Source of the DNA: a virus
Lineage: Duplodnaviria > Caudoviricetes
Strand: one strand, 5' to 3'
Virus record (IMG/VR): IMGVR_UViG_3300030376_004326
Span: 1 to 34,227 of that record
Length of the DNA: 34,227 nt
Part shown: piece after piece, positions 1 through 8,799 of the stretch
Layout of the letters: the number at the start of each line of letters is the position of its first letter
How positions within the stretch are numbered: position 1 is the first letter of the stretch
The notes under the pieces: generated by a model
What the model was told of the DNA's origin: nothing
The model's database searches: none
What the model saw: only the letters and a program-made list of their open reading frames with translations
Made by a program: the position numbers and the translations under genes

Positions 1-31
1 ACGCAAAGCAAATAGAAGCACAAATAGAAGC

Positions 32-268
32 ATGAACCCAGAGAGATTAACAGCAGACCAGCATGACAAGATCAATAAGTTATTCGATCAACTTGCTGTG
101 TCGTTAAAGATCAAACCACAGGAAGCGTTATGGTCAGTGATGCTTGGGCAAAGTGTCGCGGCTATCAAATCGCTTGGAGTTGCAGAAGCAAATAGATCTA
201 TCACTGAGATGTTGGAGTCAGCATTCGAGGTGGCAGCAGATGAAACAGGAGATCCAAGTAGGAACTGA
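32..268 (+). CDS. Hypothetical protein (78 aa)
   Basis: ATG ORF on the coding strand, followed 1 nt later by the next ATG; helical-looking sequence; no recognised motif. Confidence 0.65.
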   Translation: MNPERLTADQHDKINKLFDQLAVSLKIKPQEALWSVMLGQSVAAIKSLGVAEANRSITEMLESAFEVAADETGDPSRN

Positions 269-269
269 T

Positions 270-491
270 ATGAGTAAATACAAAGCAATATTCCAAAGCA
301 GTAACAAAGACTTCAAAACAAACTACTACCCAACCAAAGAGGAAGCCCAAGATGCACTGATGAAAAGGTGCGGGAACTTCCATTACCTTGGTGCAGTTGG
401 CGGGGATGGCAAGTGGGATAACGAAAGTTATTGTAGTTCAGCTCCTCGCAATGGTGGGACGGTATCAATAGAAGAGAAAGAAGATAAGTAA
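270..491 (+). CDS. Hypothetical protein (73 aa, MSKYKAIF...)
   Basis: Start moved from 144 to the in-frame ATG at 270, directly after the stop at 268, matching the tight packing elsewhere. Confidence 0.6.
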   Translation: MSKYKAIFQSSNKDFKTNYYPTKEEAQDALMKRCGNFHYLGAVGGDGKWDNESYCSSAPRNGGTVSIEEKEDK

Positions 492-515
492 TTCCCTAAC
501 CTCCACGCCATTCCC

Positions 516-547
516 TTGACTTGGCGAAAAATTATGTGACACTAAAA
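516..547 (+). promoter_or_regulatory. Conserved motif copy 1 (TGTGACACTAAAA, 535-547) with upstream TTGACT -35-like hexamer
   Basis: TTGACT at 516-521; GTGACACTAAAA at 536-547; GTG start of the HTH gene at 550. Short inverted repeat CGCCA (506-510)/TGGCG (522-526) flanks the hexamer. Confidence 0.7.
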
Positions 548-549
548 CC

Positions 550-948
550 GTGACTCACTGGTCTGTCACAGAAAAATTCTGGAAACGTGTTGATGATTAC
601 CCACCTGTGTTATGCAGGTTAATGGCCAAGCATCGCCCCGGCCCAGCCATGTCCACCAAGGAGATCTCAGATAAGTCAGGGCTATCAGAGTATGAAGTGC
701 TTGCTATATCAGAGATGACTTCTTGGAAGGGTGTAAACCTTGAGACATTTAGAAGATTCACTGGTGCTTGCGGCGTAGACTTCCTTGATTCCACTTGTAT
801 GAAGTATGTCAGGGACTACCTACGCAAGCGGCCTATTCGTTTTAAGTATCTCAAGACTACGCCTGATTGGGATGACTACTATATTCCACTGATAAAGAAA
901 TGGAGACAGTGCTATGCAGTTAAGCGAGGAATATCAGAAGGAAATTGA
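550..948 (+). CDS. XRE/Cro-like helix-turn-helix protein, putative transcriptional regulator
   Basis: MSTKEISDKSGLSEYEVLAISE...VNLETFRRFTGACGVDF follows the XRE pattern (MS..E+A.KSG+S...+..+E ... +.+..+..A.GV). Confidence 0.65.
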   Translation: MTHWSVTEKFWKRVDDYPPVLCRLMAKHRPGPAMSTKEISDKSGLSEYEVLAISEMTSWKGVNLETFRRFTGACGVDFLDSTCMKYVRDYLRKRPIRFKYLKTTPDWDDYYIPLIKKWRQCYAVKRGISEGN

Positions 949-1177
949 GGAGAGATGTGCCAAGAGTAAGGCTATTCAATCTAACCTAAAGATCGTAGAC
1001 CGTATCAATGGGAAGGTAGACAGACTGTTGGCTCAAATGGTTCAATGTAAATTAACAATAGCCATTACTAGAGAGAAGATAGTTAAGGATGTTACGGATA
1101 AAGCAACCGCTGACATGAGAAAAGAATTCATAAAGAAAGCAACTAAAGATAAGGAGATAGAACTATTCATACAATGA
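914..1177 (+). CDS. Hypothetical helical/coiled-coil protein
   Basis: 87-aa ATG ORF; stop overlaps the recombinase start (ATGA at 1174-1177). Confidence 0.65.
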   Translation: MQLSEEYQKEIEERCAKSKAIQSNLKIVDRINGKVDRLLAQMVQCKLTIAITREKIVKDVTDKATADMRKEFIKKATKDKEIELFIQ

Positions 1178-2004
1178 AAGCAAATGAAGCATTGAATAAA
1201 ATGATGGAGTGGATGGAGGCAATAGGTAAATCAAACAAGACTGCCGAAAACACTTGGAGAGAGGTCGCTCACTTCTTGGAGGACAAGGAGCTATTAGATA
1301 CGCATACTGAAAAAATAGATGAGTTCATCGTTAATGATTATATTAATAACGGTAAGAAGATTACTGCCGTTTCTACTCGTAGGTATAAGCTGTCGGCGTT
1401 AAAGACATTCTTTAATTACTGTGTAGCTAAGGGGTGGATGGTTGGCAATCCTGCCTCACTGGTAAAGGTTAACATTAGGAAGGTTCCGCATAAGAAGAGA
1501 CAAGCACAGAAGAAGGAAGCATTCACACCTGCTGAGGTTAAGTATATCATTGCAAACACTGAGGGATTCTGGAGATCTGCTGTAATTATAGCGGTGGAAA
1601 CAGGGCTACGCTTAGGTGACATCGTTCAGCTTGAATGGGATTGCTTTAGCCCAACTCATGTTGAGGTATGGACAGACAAGAAGGATAAGAAGGTTGCTTT
1701 AAAGATGAGTGCTAGATTGCGTAAGACAATAGGTAGTCTACCACAAGAGGATGAATCATATTTATTCCCAGAAGAAAGAAAGAAATACTTACTACCAGAT
1801 GATGGTGGAACGGGGCGTAGGACATGGTTTCAACAGACGTTTAAAAGAATGCTGATTAGGTTTGGTATTGAGGATAAAACATTCCATTGCTTTAGGGTTA
1901 CTCATGCTAGTCAGCGTAAGAAATCAGGAGAGGATATAGAAACGATAGCTAAAGATCTGGCTCACTCTAAATCATCTACTACTGTTAAGCATTATATTAC
2001 TTGA
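1174..2004 (+). CDS. Tyrosine recombinase/integrase, XerC/XerD-like (core-binding plus catalytic domain)
   Basis: STRRYKLSALKTFFNY...NPA core-binding signature; catalytic R in TGLRLGDI, HxxR in FHCFR, H in LAHS, Y nucleophile in TTVKHY; 276 aa with no obvious arm-binding domain. Confidence 0.93.
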   Translation: MKANEALNKMMEWMEAIGKSNKTAENTWREVAHFLEDKELLDTHTEKIDEFIVNDYINNGKKITAVSTRRYKLSALKTFFNYCVAKGWMVGNPASLVKVNIRKVPHKKRQAQKKEAFTPAEVKYIIANTEGFWRSAVIIAVETGLRLGDIVQLEWDCFSPTHVEVWTDKKDKKVALKMSARLRKTIGSLPQEDESYLFPEERKKYLLPDDGGTGRRTWFQQTFKRMLIRFGIEDKTFHCFRVTHASQRKKSGEDIETIAKDLAHSKSSTTVKHYIT

Positions 2005-2684
2005 GAAAGAATCAGTACAGTAAAGGGGAGCGAAAGGCTATTCACCTAGCACTAGAAGAAGCTGATGGTGATGTAACTAAAGCAGCCCTATTACTGGATA
2101 TGCCAAAGGGTAATATCTATAAGCTGATATATAATGATGAAGAGTTTAACGCAAGGTGGAGCAAAGACCCTGTTGAACCCCCGACTAAACAAGAGGTAGT
2201 TCACAGACCTGACCCTTCTCTTAAGTTCACCGAGAAATTAAAGGAAGAGGAACGGGCGTTAACGCATGGTCTGGAGGCAGTAGGTATTGTAGGCAAAGCA
2301 AGGGAGGAGGCTATAGCAGCAGCCGCTTTTAGCAGTACACATCTTCAGGCCATGCGGCAAATTACAGCGGGAGGAATACTCAAAGACTTCACACAGTTGG
2401 GTGTTCTCATGGAGGAAATCAAAGGAGAAATAACTGCCGGTCAAGAAGAAGAAAGAGAACGCACCTTGTATGAGGCCCTGTTTAATACGGTTAAGTATCG
2501 TAATGAAATCAATAGGGACATTTTAAAGGGTGCATTAATTGACGCACAGATAAAAGCAAAGCAAGATGAGAAGGGCGGGAAGTCTTCCAGTAAACCAGGA
2601 TTTACGCCAATGAATAATATCATCGTGCAAACAGATGCCACAAAAGTAGAAGTTAAAAATGCCAATAAGGGAACCACTAAGTGA
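2001..2684 (+). CDS. Probable terminase small subunit with N-terminal Fis-type HTH
   Basis: Immediately upstream of and overlapping TerL; ERKAIHLALEEADGDVTKAALLLDMPKGNIYKLI matches the Fis/HTH_8 pattern; helical middle; TTG start in a TTGA overlap. Confidence 0.6.
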   Translation: MRKNQYSKGERKAIHLALEEADGDVTKAALLLDMPKGNIYKLIYNDEEFNARWSKDPVEPPTKQEVVHRPDPSLKFTEKLKEEERALTHGLEAVGIVGKAREEAIAAAAFSSTHLQAMRQITAGGILKDFTQLGVLMEEIKGEITAGQEEERERTLYEALFNTVKYRNEINRDILKGALIDAQIKAKQDEKGGKSSSKPGFTPMNNIIVQTDATKVEVKNANKGTTK

Positions 2685-4170
2685 TGAAGAAGTGGAAGCC
2701 TTAGCTGCTGCTGCAACTACAAATACAACAGCAACAGAATCAACTTGGCATCCTGATCTCAACAAGACTCAACAAAGAATCTTTGACGATGGTTCCAGAT
2801 TTATATTGGGCTATGGTGAGAAAGGATCAGGTAAAACAATTGGCTTTGCTCACAAGCTGATACGCCACGCCTTCGAGGAAGAGAATGCCTTGGTTATGAT
2901 TATTGCCCCCAGTATCCGAACAGGTGCTGAAGGTATATGGCATGACCTTGATACTCTAGTACTGCCACAATGGGAGGAAGGTATAGGGCTTGAGTACACT
3001 GCTTCTAAGTTAGATCCCAATACGAAAGATAGACATAGATGGGTGAAGAATAGATTTGGAGGATGGAGTAAGATCCTTCTCATTTCTATTCCTTATGCTG
3101 CTGCTGTAGAAACTAGGATCAAAGGGCCAGCACCTAGTTGTGTCTATGTAGACGAGCTTACTCAATGTGATGGAGTGGAGTACTTTCGTTACCCTGCGGC
3201 ACAGTTAGGAAGAAGGCGAGGGATCAGAGGGCCACAACAATTTCTTGCAAGCTGCAACCCTGAAGGGCCAAGCCATTGGGTTTACAAGCAGTTCTTTGAA
3301 GACATACTAGATGAGGACAATGGCAAGAGGGATAAGAGGTACAAGGTCTACCATGTCCCAATCAAGGAGAACACAAAGCGTTTACCAGAGGGGTACGTCG
3401 AGAACCTTGAGTCTATTCTTAAGGCAGATCCAGTTGAGTGGAGGCGATTAATCGAGGGTGAGTGGGTTGATCGGCCAAGTGGTGAAGCATTGTTCAGAGA
3501 TTACTACGCACCTGAGCTACACAAGAAAGGGGATGAGATGAAGGGTAGTGGTCTAATGCCAAAGGTTGGGCATCCTATTATAATAGGCTATGACTTAGGT
3601 CAGGTATATTCTGCCGTCACTTTCCTTCAGATGATACCAACAAAGAGGGGGAACATCTGGACTGTCTTTGATGAGGTGGATTACCTAGGTGAAAGACATC
3701 TATATAAAAGATTGTGCCAACAAATACTTCAGCGAATGGATTACTGGAACACTAAGGTTAATAATGAATTCCACTATGAACATATCACTGACTCAAGTGC
3801 TATCAATCAATGGCATCCAGGTGGTGAGGGAAGCTATGATAGTTGGGACTTTGAACGATACAGTAATGGCAGGATAAGAATGATTGGATGCCCCAAAGGT
3901 CAGGGTTCTGTTGAAGCTAGGGTAAGATTACTTTCGGGTAAGTTATTTCAGGACGAGTTCTATGTCTCAGCCCTGTGCCCTAACACAACTGATATGTTAA
4001 TGAAGCTAGAAGCTGACAAGAAAGATCCAACAAAACCTAAGAGAAGTAGGTATATCCATAAGTTTGATAGTGTTACCTACCCGATATTTAAGTTGGAGTT
4101 GAACGGGCAAGCTCATGCACCAAGGGCAAAAGACATTAGAGCTAACCTAATTCATTGCGGATTATCTTGA
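2659..4170 (+). CDS. terL: Terminase large subunit
   Basis: Walker A GEKGSGKT, Walker B VYVDE, coupling motif LASCNP, RRLIEGEW, nuclease IGYDLG and C-terminal HKFDS. Confidence 0.95.
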   Translation: MPIREPLSDEEVEALAAAATTNTTATESTWHPDLNKTQQRIFDDGSRFILGYGEKGSGKTIGFAHKLIRHAFEEENALVMIIAPSIRTGAEGIWHDLDTLVLPQWEEGIGLEYTASKLDPNTKDRHRWVKNRFGGWSKILLISIPYAAAVETRIKGPAPSCVYVDELTQCDGVEYFRYPAAQLGRRRGIRGPQQFLASCNPEGPSHWVYKQFFEDILDEDNGKRDKRYKVYHVPIKENTKRLPEGYVENLESILKADPVEWRRLIEGEWVDRPSGEALFRDYYAPELHKKGDEMKGSGLMPKVGHPIIIGYDLGQVYSAVTFLQMIPTKRGNIWTVFDEVDYLGERHLYKRLCQQILQRMDYWNTKVNNEFHYEHITDSSAINQWHPGGEGSYDSWDFERYSNGRIRMIGCPKGQGSVEARVRLLSGKLFQDEFYVSALCPNTTDMLMKLEADKKDPTKPKRSRYIHKFDSVTYPIFKLELNGQAHAPRAKDIRANLIHCGLS

Positions 4171-4196
4171 TTGTGACACTAAAATTGGTTATCACA
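4167..4196 (+). promoter_or_regulatory. Conserved motif copy 2 (GTGACACTAAAATTGGT, 4173-4189)
   Basis: TTGATT (4167-4172), then the 17-bp motif, then TATCAC (4190-4195); ATG at 4205. Confidence 0.75.
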
Positions 4197-4204
4197 CAAA
4201 GAAC

Positions 4205-4477
4205 ATGGCAAATTTAAATGATAAGGTTGTATTGGATTTGACCGATGATACCGAACTTGCTGGGTACTTGGCCGCTAAAGATGTTGGAGAAGAGTGCAAG
4301 ATGACTGTGACAGGGGTACTTGATGATAGAACTGACGATCAAGCAGTGTTCTCTGTTAAGGAAGTATCTATTCATAGCAAGTCTGAACCTGATACACCTG
4401 ATGAAGATGCCGCACCAGTGCTTGCTGTTATGATGGGAAACAGTGCGGCTAATAAAGCCAAGGCTGAATCCTATTGA
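4205..4477 (+). CDS. Small acidic beta-rich protein, possibly head-associated
   Basis: 90-aa ATG ORF downstream of motif copy 2, between TerL and portal; function inferred from position only. Confidence 0.7.
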   Translation: MANLNDKVVLDLTDDTELAGYLAAKDVGEECKMTVTGVLDDRTDDQAVFSVKEVSIHSKSEPDTPDEDAAPVLAVMMGNSAANKAKAESY

Positions 4478-4719
4478 CCGCAAGCGTATTTCTACTTGGA
4501 CAACTGCATGGAAAAGCTGGAGTTAAAGAAGGCTGGGACAGACGCAGAGTTAAACACTGTGCTAAATTTCTTAATGTCACCGTCGAAGAACTTGCAGCTC
4601 GCAGTTGTATTCCATATGGGAAGCTAAAGAAATGGATGCAAACAAACAAAGTCCCACCGTATATAGCTTTGTTGTTTTATCTACAAGAACAGGCAGAACT
4701 AGAGGCAAGATATGATTGA
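4474..4719 (+). CDS. Small helix-turn-helix DNA-binding protein
   Basis: LNVTVEELAARSCIPYGKLKKWMQTNKVPPYIALL resembles XRE/Cro HTH; TTG start in a TTGA overlap; stop overlaps the portal start. Confidence 0.65.
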   Translation: MTASVFLLGQLHGKAGVKEGWDRRRVKHCAKFLNVTVEELAARSCIPYGKLKKWMQTNKVPPYIALLFYLQEQAELEARYD

Positions 4720-7081
4720 TTTCGATATACTCAAAGACCACGGGACTACCAATGAAAGATTAAGGGAAGTCCTATCAGCTAAACTGCCAGCCAAAAAGGT
4801 GCTGGATAAGATGGAAAAGAGTGAGGTGAAAGCCTTGCAGAAAGACATCGACAAGAGAGAAGAGATGGAGAAGCTGGTAGCCAGTAGAATAACTGAGGCA
4901 ATTACTTTCTCCCTACGAAACCACCACCTATACAGTTCTGTTGATCTAGCTTGGGATAGTACTCCACTAAACAGTAGGGTTATCCCTTTGGTTATGTATG
5001 CTCAGAAGCGAATCAACGTGTCGAGCTGCGTTAAGGAACTAGATAAGCTAAAGGTTTCAGACAAGTACGTTAAGCGAGGATCAGCAGGGCAACCAGATGA
5101 AATAGATTTACCTAAGTTCTTTGAGGTTAACATTAACTTAGTTCGTAGTTTTGTAACTAGAAGGCTGGCTGCACAGGTAAACAAATACAATAACCTATAC
5201 CCTTTCTTTAAGTATGAACCTAGAACTACAGGGGTAACAGGTAAGGTTAGGGCTGATGTTCTATCTCAAAGGGTAGAGATCATGTCAGACCAGTATGATT
5301 ACAGACACTTTCAAACGCAGGTGGTCAGGGATATGTTCCTATATGGTCACAGCGTAGCATTTCCTAGAGCTGCTTGGGAACGGGAAGTTCAATGGGAGAA
5401 GGCAAATCCAGAATACGACGACAATCGTGCCAAAACTAAGGTCACAAAGGAAGGGATCAGTTGGATCAACCCCCATCCTAGTAGAGTCTTTTGGGATAAT
5501 GCCTATCCTTTGACATCCCTAAACTCAGATACAGGCTCGGAATATGTAGGGTTCTGGGATGTGGTTAGGTACAGGGATGTGATGAGCAACCCAATGTATT
5601 TCAACCGCGACTCAGTAGGTTATACTACAGCGTCAGTAGGTTTGTTTACTCAGTACTCAACTTACTTTAACCACTACTACACACAGATAGTACCACCTCG
5701 AACAGAGGATGATCTTACTAGCTGGAACGATCGGAAGAACAGCATGGGGATGTACTCAGGAGAAATGGGTGACACCTCCGTGTTTGTTACCGATTACTTT
5801 ATGAAGTTAGTACCTAACCAGTGGGGCATTGGGGATTATCCTCACCCTGTTTGGGTACACATGAGAGTTGCAGGAGATTCTACAATTATATTTGCAGAGT
5901 TCCTTCCTTCATCACCTGCTGCTGTATTCTCTTACAATGAGAACGATACCAGATTAAGAAACCTTAGTGTGGCTCACGAACTAATGAGCTACCAAGATCA
6001 GTTAACTAATCTATTCTCACAATTACTAGAGACTACGAAGGCTGATCTATTCAATGTCGGTGTTCTTAATACGGATATATTCCCAGACACAGAAGAAGGA
6101 TTAAAACTAAGGCAAGAGTTTCAGAAGACTATGAGTGGTGAGAATTACTATGCCACTACCCATGTACTCGAAGCATCATTCCAGAAACTTGCTAACCTTG
6201 GAATAGACACAAACCCAGATAACGTATTCAAGATAATCAGAAGCCAACCTAACTCACAGTTAACTAATATATTTAGATCCATAGCTGAGTTGATCTCTAT
6301 ATCTGAAAGACTGATGGCATTGAGTCCACAAGAACAAGGGCAACCATCACCTAGGGAAACCAGTGCAACTGAGGTCTTAACAATCAGCAACACAACTGAA
6401 TCTGTTTATACATTTATTAGTGAAGCTGTTGATGAAGGACGAGCTGCAATGAAGAGGGTAATCTATGAATCAATAGTAGCAATGGGAAGCAACACTATCC
6501 ACCTACCTGTTAAGAATAGATATATCCCAGCAGTAATACAGAAGGCTGGCTTCGATATAGATACAGATGATGCCGAGATGATGGACCCTGATCTTGAGCG
6601 TAGGTACACTATCATTGGTAGTAAACGTGCGTTATGTCATGATTATATTTTCACAAGTAGAGATGGTTCAGAGAGAGCATCCAATCTTCAGCAAGCCCAA
6701 GCTTTAATACAAGTGTTCCAGATTGTTAGCCAATCTCCAGTAGTTTTAGAAGCATTGGGTAAGGATAAATACTTTGAACTTGTTAATGAAATTGCCCGTA
6801 AGTCTGGCACTGATCTCAAGCTAGAGATAGGAACAGGTCAGGATAATAGTTTAACTGGGCCAAACCAACAGATGCAGCAAGTAATGGAGCAAATGGCTGG
6901 CATTGTTGAGCAGAATGCAATTGATATTAACTCAATCAAGGAAGCACTTGGTGGAGGAGGGCAAGAAGCAGACCCTCAAAGCGGAACTATGCTTGAGAGA
7001 CAAGCCGCACAAGAACAAGCAGCAGCCCAAGCATTAGCAGCCGAGATACAACCACAACAGCAACAAGAACCTATAGTTTAA
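4712..7081 (+). CDS. Portal protein
   Basis: 789 aa between TerL and scaffold; INLVRSFV, RDMFLYGHSV, HPSRVFWD, SATEV and a Q-rich C-terminal tail typical of podovirus (P22-like) portals. Confidence 0.85.
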   Translation: MIDFDILKDHGTTNERLREVLSAKLPAKKVLDKMEKSEVKALQKDIDKREEMEKLVASRITEAITFSLRNHHLYSSVDLAWDSTPLNSRVIPLVMYAQKRINVSSCVKELDKLKVSDKYVKRGSAGQPDEIDLPKFFEVNINLVRSFVTRRLAAQVNKYNNLYPFFKYEPRTTGVTGKVRADVLSQRVEIMSDQYDYRHFQTQVVRDMFLYGHSVAFPRAAWEREVQWEKANPEYDDNRAKTKVTKEGISWINPHPSRVFWDNAYPLTSLNSDTGSEYVGFWDVVRYRDVMSNPMYFNRDSVGYTTASVGLFTQYSTYFNHYYTQIVPPRTEDDLTSWNDRKNSMGMYSGEMGDTSVFVTDYFMKLVPNQWGIGDYPHPVWVHMRVAGDSTIIFAEFLPSSPAAVFSYNENDTRLRNLSVAHELMSYQDQLTNLFSQLLETTKADLFNVGVLNTDIFPDTEEGLKLRQEFQKTMSGENYYATTHVLEASFQKLANLGIDTNPDNVFKIIRSQPNSQLTNIFRSIAELISISERLMALSPQEQGQPSPRETSATEVLTISNTTESVYTFISEAVDEGRAAMKRVIYESIVAMGSNTIHLPVKNRYIPAVIQKAGFDIDTDDAEMMDPDLERRYTIIGSKRALCHDYIFTSRDGSERASNLQQAQALIQVFQIVSQSPVVLEALGKDKYFELVNEIARKSGTDLKLEIGTGQDNSLTGPNQQMQQVMEQMAGIVEQNAIDINSIKEALGGGGQEADPQSGTMLERQAAQEQAAAQALAAEIQPQQQQEPIV

Positions 7082-7344
7082 TGGCTGAGTACAGGGGTAA
7101 AAAGGTTAAGCTAGGTAAGCCGAGGAAGATTTCAGGTGTCACCCCGAAAGGAAAGAAATACACAGTCTATGTTAAGGATAAGTCAGGCAAGGTTAGGATC
7201 GTACACTTTGGAGCGGTTGGTTATTCAGATTACTTGAAGCATAAGAACAAGAAACGCAGAGCAAACTTCAAGGCTAGGCATAACTGCTCAACGGCTAAGG
7301 ACCGTACTACACCTCGATACTGGGCGTGTAACTATAATTGGTAA
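7081..7344 (+). CDS. Small basic protein, DUF5754/DUF6321-like viral family
   Basis: KKYTVYVK...VHFGAVGYSDYLKHK..RRANFKARHNC...RYWAC..W pattern recalled from marine phage and giant-virus small proteins; family name from memory. Confidence 0.7.
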   Translation: MAEYRGKKVKLGKPRKISGVTPKGKKYTVYVKDKSGKVRIVHFGAVGYSDYLKHKNKKRRANFKARHNCSTAKDRTTPRYWACNYNW

Positions 7345-7347
7345 TTT

Positions 7348-8679
7348 ATGGCAGAGACAGAAACACTAGAGCAGGAACAGGTAGAAACACAGGCAGAAGA
7401 AACACCTCAAGTAGAAGATCAAGGAGCTGATGACGGTTTCCTAGATGTTCTTTACACAGATCTAGGTGTAGACATTGAGCCACCACCTGTTGAAGAAGCT
7501 GAACCAGAACCAGAAGCAGAGCCAGAAGAGGTGCAAGCTGAGGTAACAGCAGAGGATTCCGAACCTGAACCCGAACCTGAAAAGGAAGAAGCTAAACCTA
7601 AGAAGAAGTTTTCCGTTAAGCAGGAGTTATCTAAGGATGACATAAGGCAAACGATTAAGGATGAGATCGCAAGACATAAACCATCCTTACCTGAGCAACC
7701 AGTTCAGCAACCGATTCAAGATCTAGAGGTAGAAGAAGATGACCTTGATGATTACCTACCAGAACAACGTGATGAGATTGAACTAGCTAGGTATGCAGAG
7801 CAGGTCGACCCTAAGAAATACAAGGGTATGGCTAACGATCTACAACAATTCTACACAGATCTAGATGAGTATGTAGATAATAACGATGATCCAGACAGGA
7901 CTTTTGACGAGAATGATGAGGAGTTTATTAAGTGGATACAAAGGAACAAGCCATCACTGAGTAATGCGGAGCAACGCAAGCTCGAACGCCAGATGATTAA
8001 AGACCAAGCTATTAGTGAGGCGAAGTCTGAGTTTGAGAAGAAGCAGAGTGAACTTGAGGATAAGATTAGAAAGGTTGAGGACAGGCCCAAGGCTGAAAAA
8101 GAATTCAATAAGTACGAATCATTGTTAGATGGTGACAAACCAGAAGAAGACGGACTAGCTGAATCTATCTACAATCAAGAGATGGACACAGCAAAGAAGG
8201 TTGGAAAGGAATATCTAGATTTATTCTATGGTCTGAAAACATTTGAACAGGAAGACCCCCTTCATTCTTGGATAATTGATTTTGTTACTCAGCAATCAGA
8301 TGCTTTCCAGAAACATGGAGGCGAACATTTAACAAGAGATAATAAAGCATTCGTCCCTCCATCAGAGTACGCTAATGCAGATCCTAATAAGCACTGGACA
8401 TTTACAAGCAGTGACGTAATGGAAATAATGGGTAACTACTTCTCTACCAGAGCTAAAGACAGTGTAAAAATTGAGGAGGAACGCCTTAATAAACTAGGGT
8501 TCACACGGCAAACTAAAAATAAATCGCAGACCAAAGCGAAAAAGGAAGAGGTCAAGCCAACTCGAACACCTAAAGCTACCAATAGTCCAAGCCCCGGAGC
8601 TGCCCCTAATTCAGATGGTGTTGAGGAACAAGAGTCTCCCGGCCAAGATATACTAAACAGATTGGGTATAGATTTCTAA
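7348..8679 (+). CDS. Probable capsid scaffolding protein
   Basis: Very acidic E/P-rich N-terminus, helical core, located between portal and major capsid. Confidence 0.7.
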   Translation: MAETETLEQEQVETQAEETPQVEDQGADDGFLDVLYTDLGVDIEPPPVEEAEPEPEAEPEEVQAEVTAEDSEPEPEPEKEEAKPKKKFSVKQELSKDDIRQTIKDEIARHKPSLPEQPVQQPIQDLEVEEDDLDDYLPEQRDEIELARYAEQVDPKKYKGMANDLQQFYTDLDEYVDNNDDPDRTFDENDEEFIKWIQRNKPSLSNAEQRKLERQMIKDQAISEAKSEFEKKQSELEDKIRKVEDRPKAEKEFNKYESLLDGDKPEEDGLAESIYNQEMDTAKKVGKEYLDLFYGLKTFEQEDPLHSWIIDFVTQQSDAFQKHGGEHLTRDNKAFVPPSEYANADPNKHWTFTSSDVMEIMGNYFSTRAKDSVKIEEERLNKLGFTRQTKNKSQTKAKKEEVKPTRTPKATNSPSPGAAPNSDGVEEQESPGQDILNRLGIDF

Positions 8680-8717
8680 AGTCGTCAACCTGAACGATTA
8701 AATTCTTCACCTCGAAA

Positions 8718-8792
8718 ACTAATTTATTTTAGTGTATTTTACTGTATTTCTTTGAGATTTAAAATTTAGTTATATCTTTGTCCTTTTAGGAG
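8718..8792 (+). promoter_or_regulatory. AT-rich capsid upstream region: three phased 10-bp repeats, partial motif copies, AGGAG RBS
   Basis: TATTTTAGTG/TATTTTACTG/TATTTCTTTG at 8725-8754; reverse-strand ACACTAAAA at 8727-8735; AAATTTAGTTAT at 8762-8773; AGGAG at 8788-8792, 7 nt before ATG 8800. Confidence 0.55.
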
Positions 8793-8799
8793 TACTGAT

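Noticed and set aside
9-32. Tandem CAAATAGAAGCA x2
   Set aside because: Short repeat at the window edge with no upstream context; cannot be interpreted.
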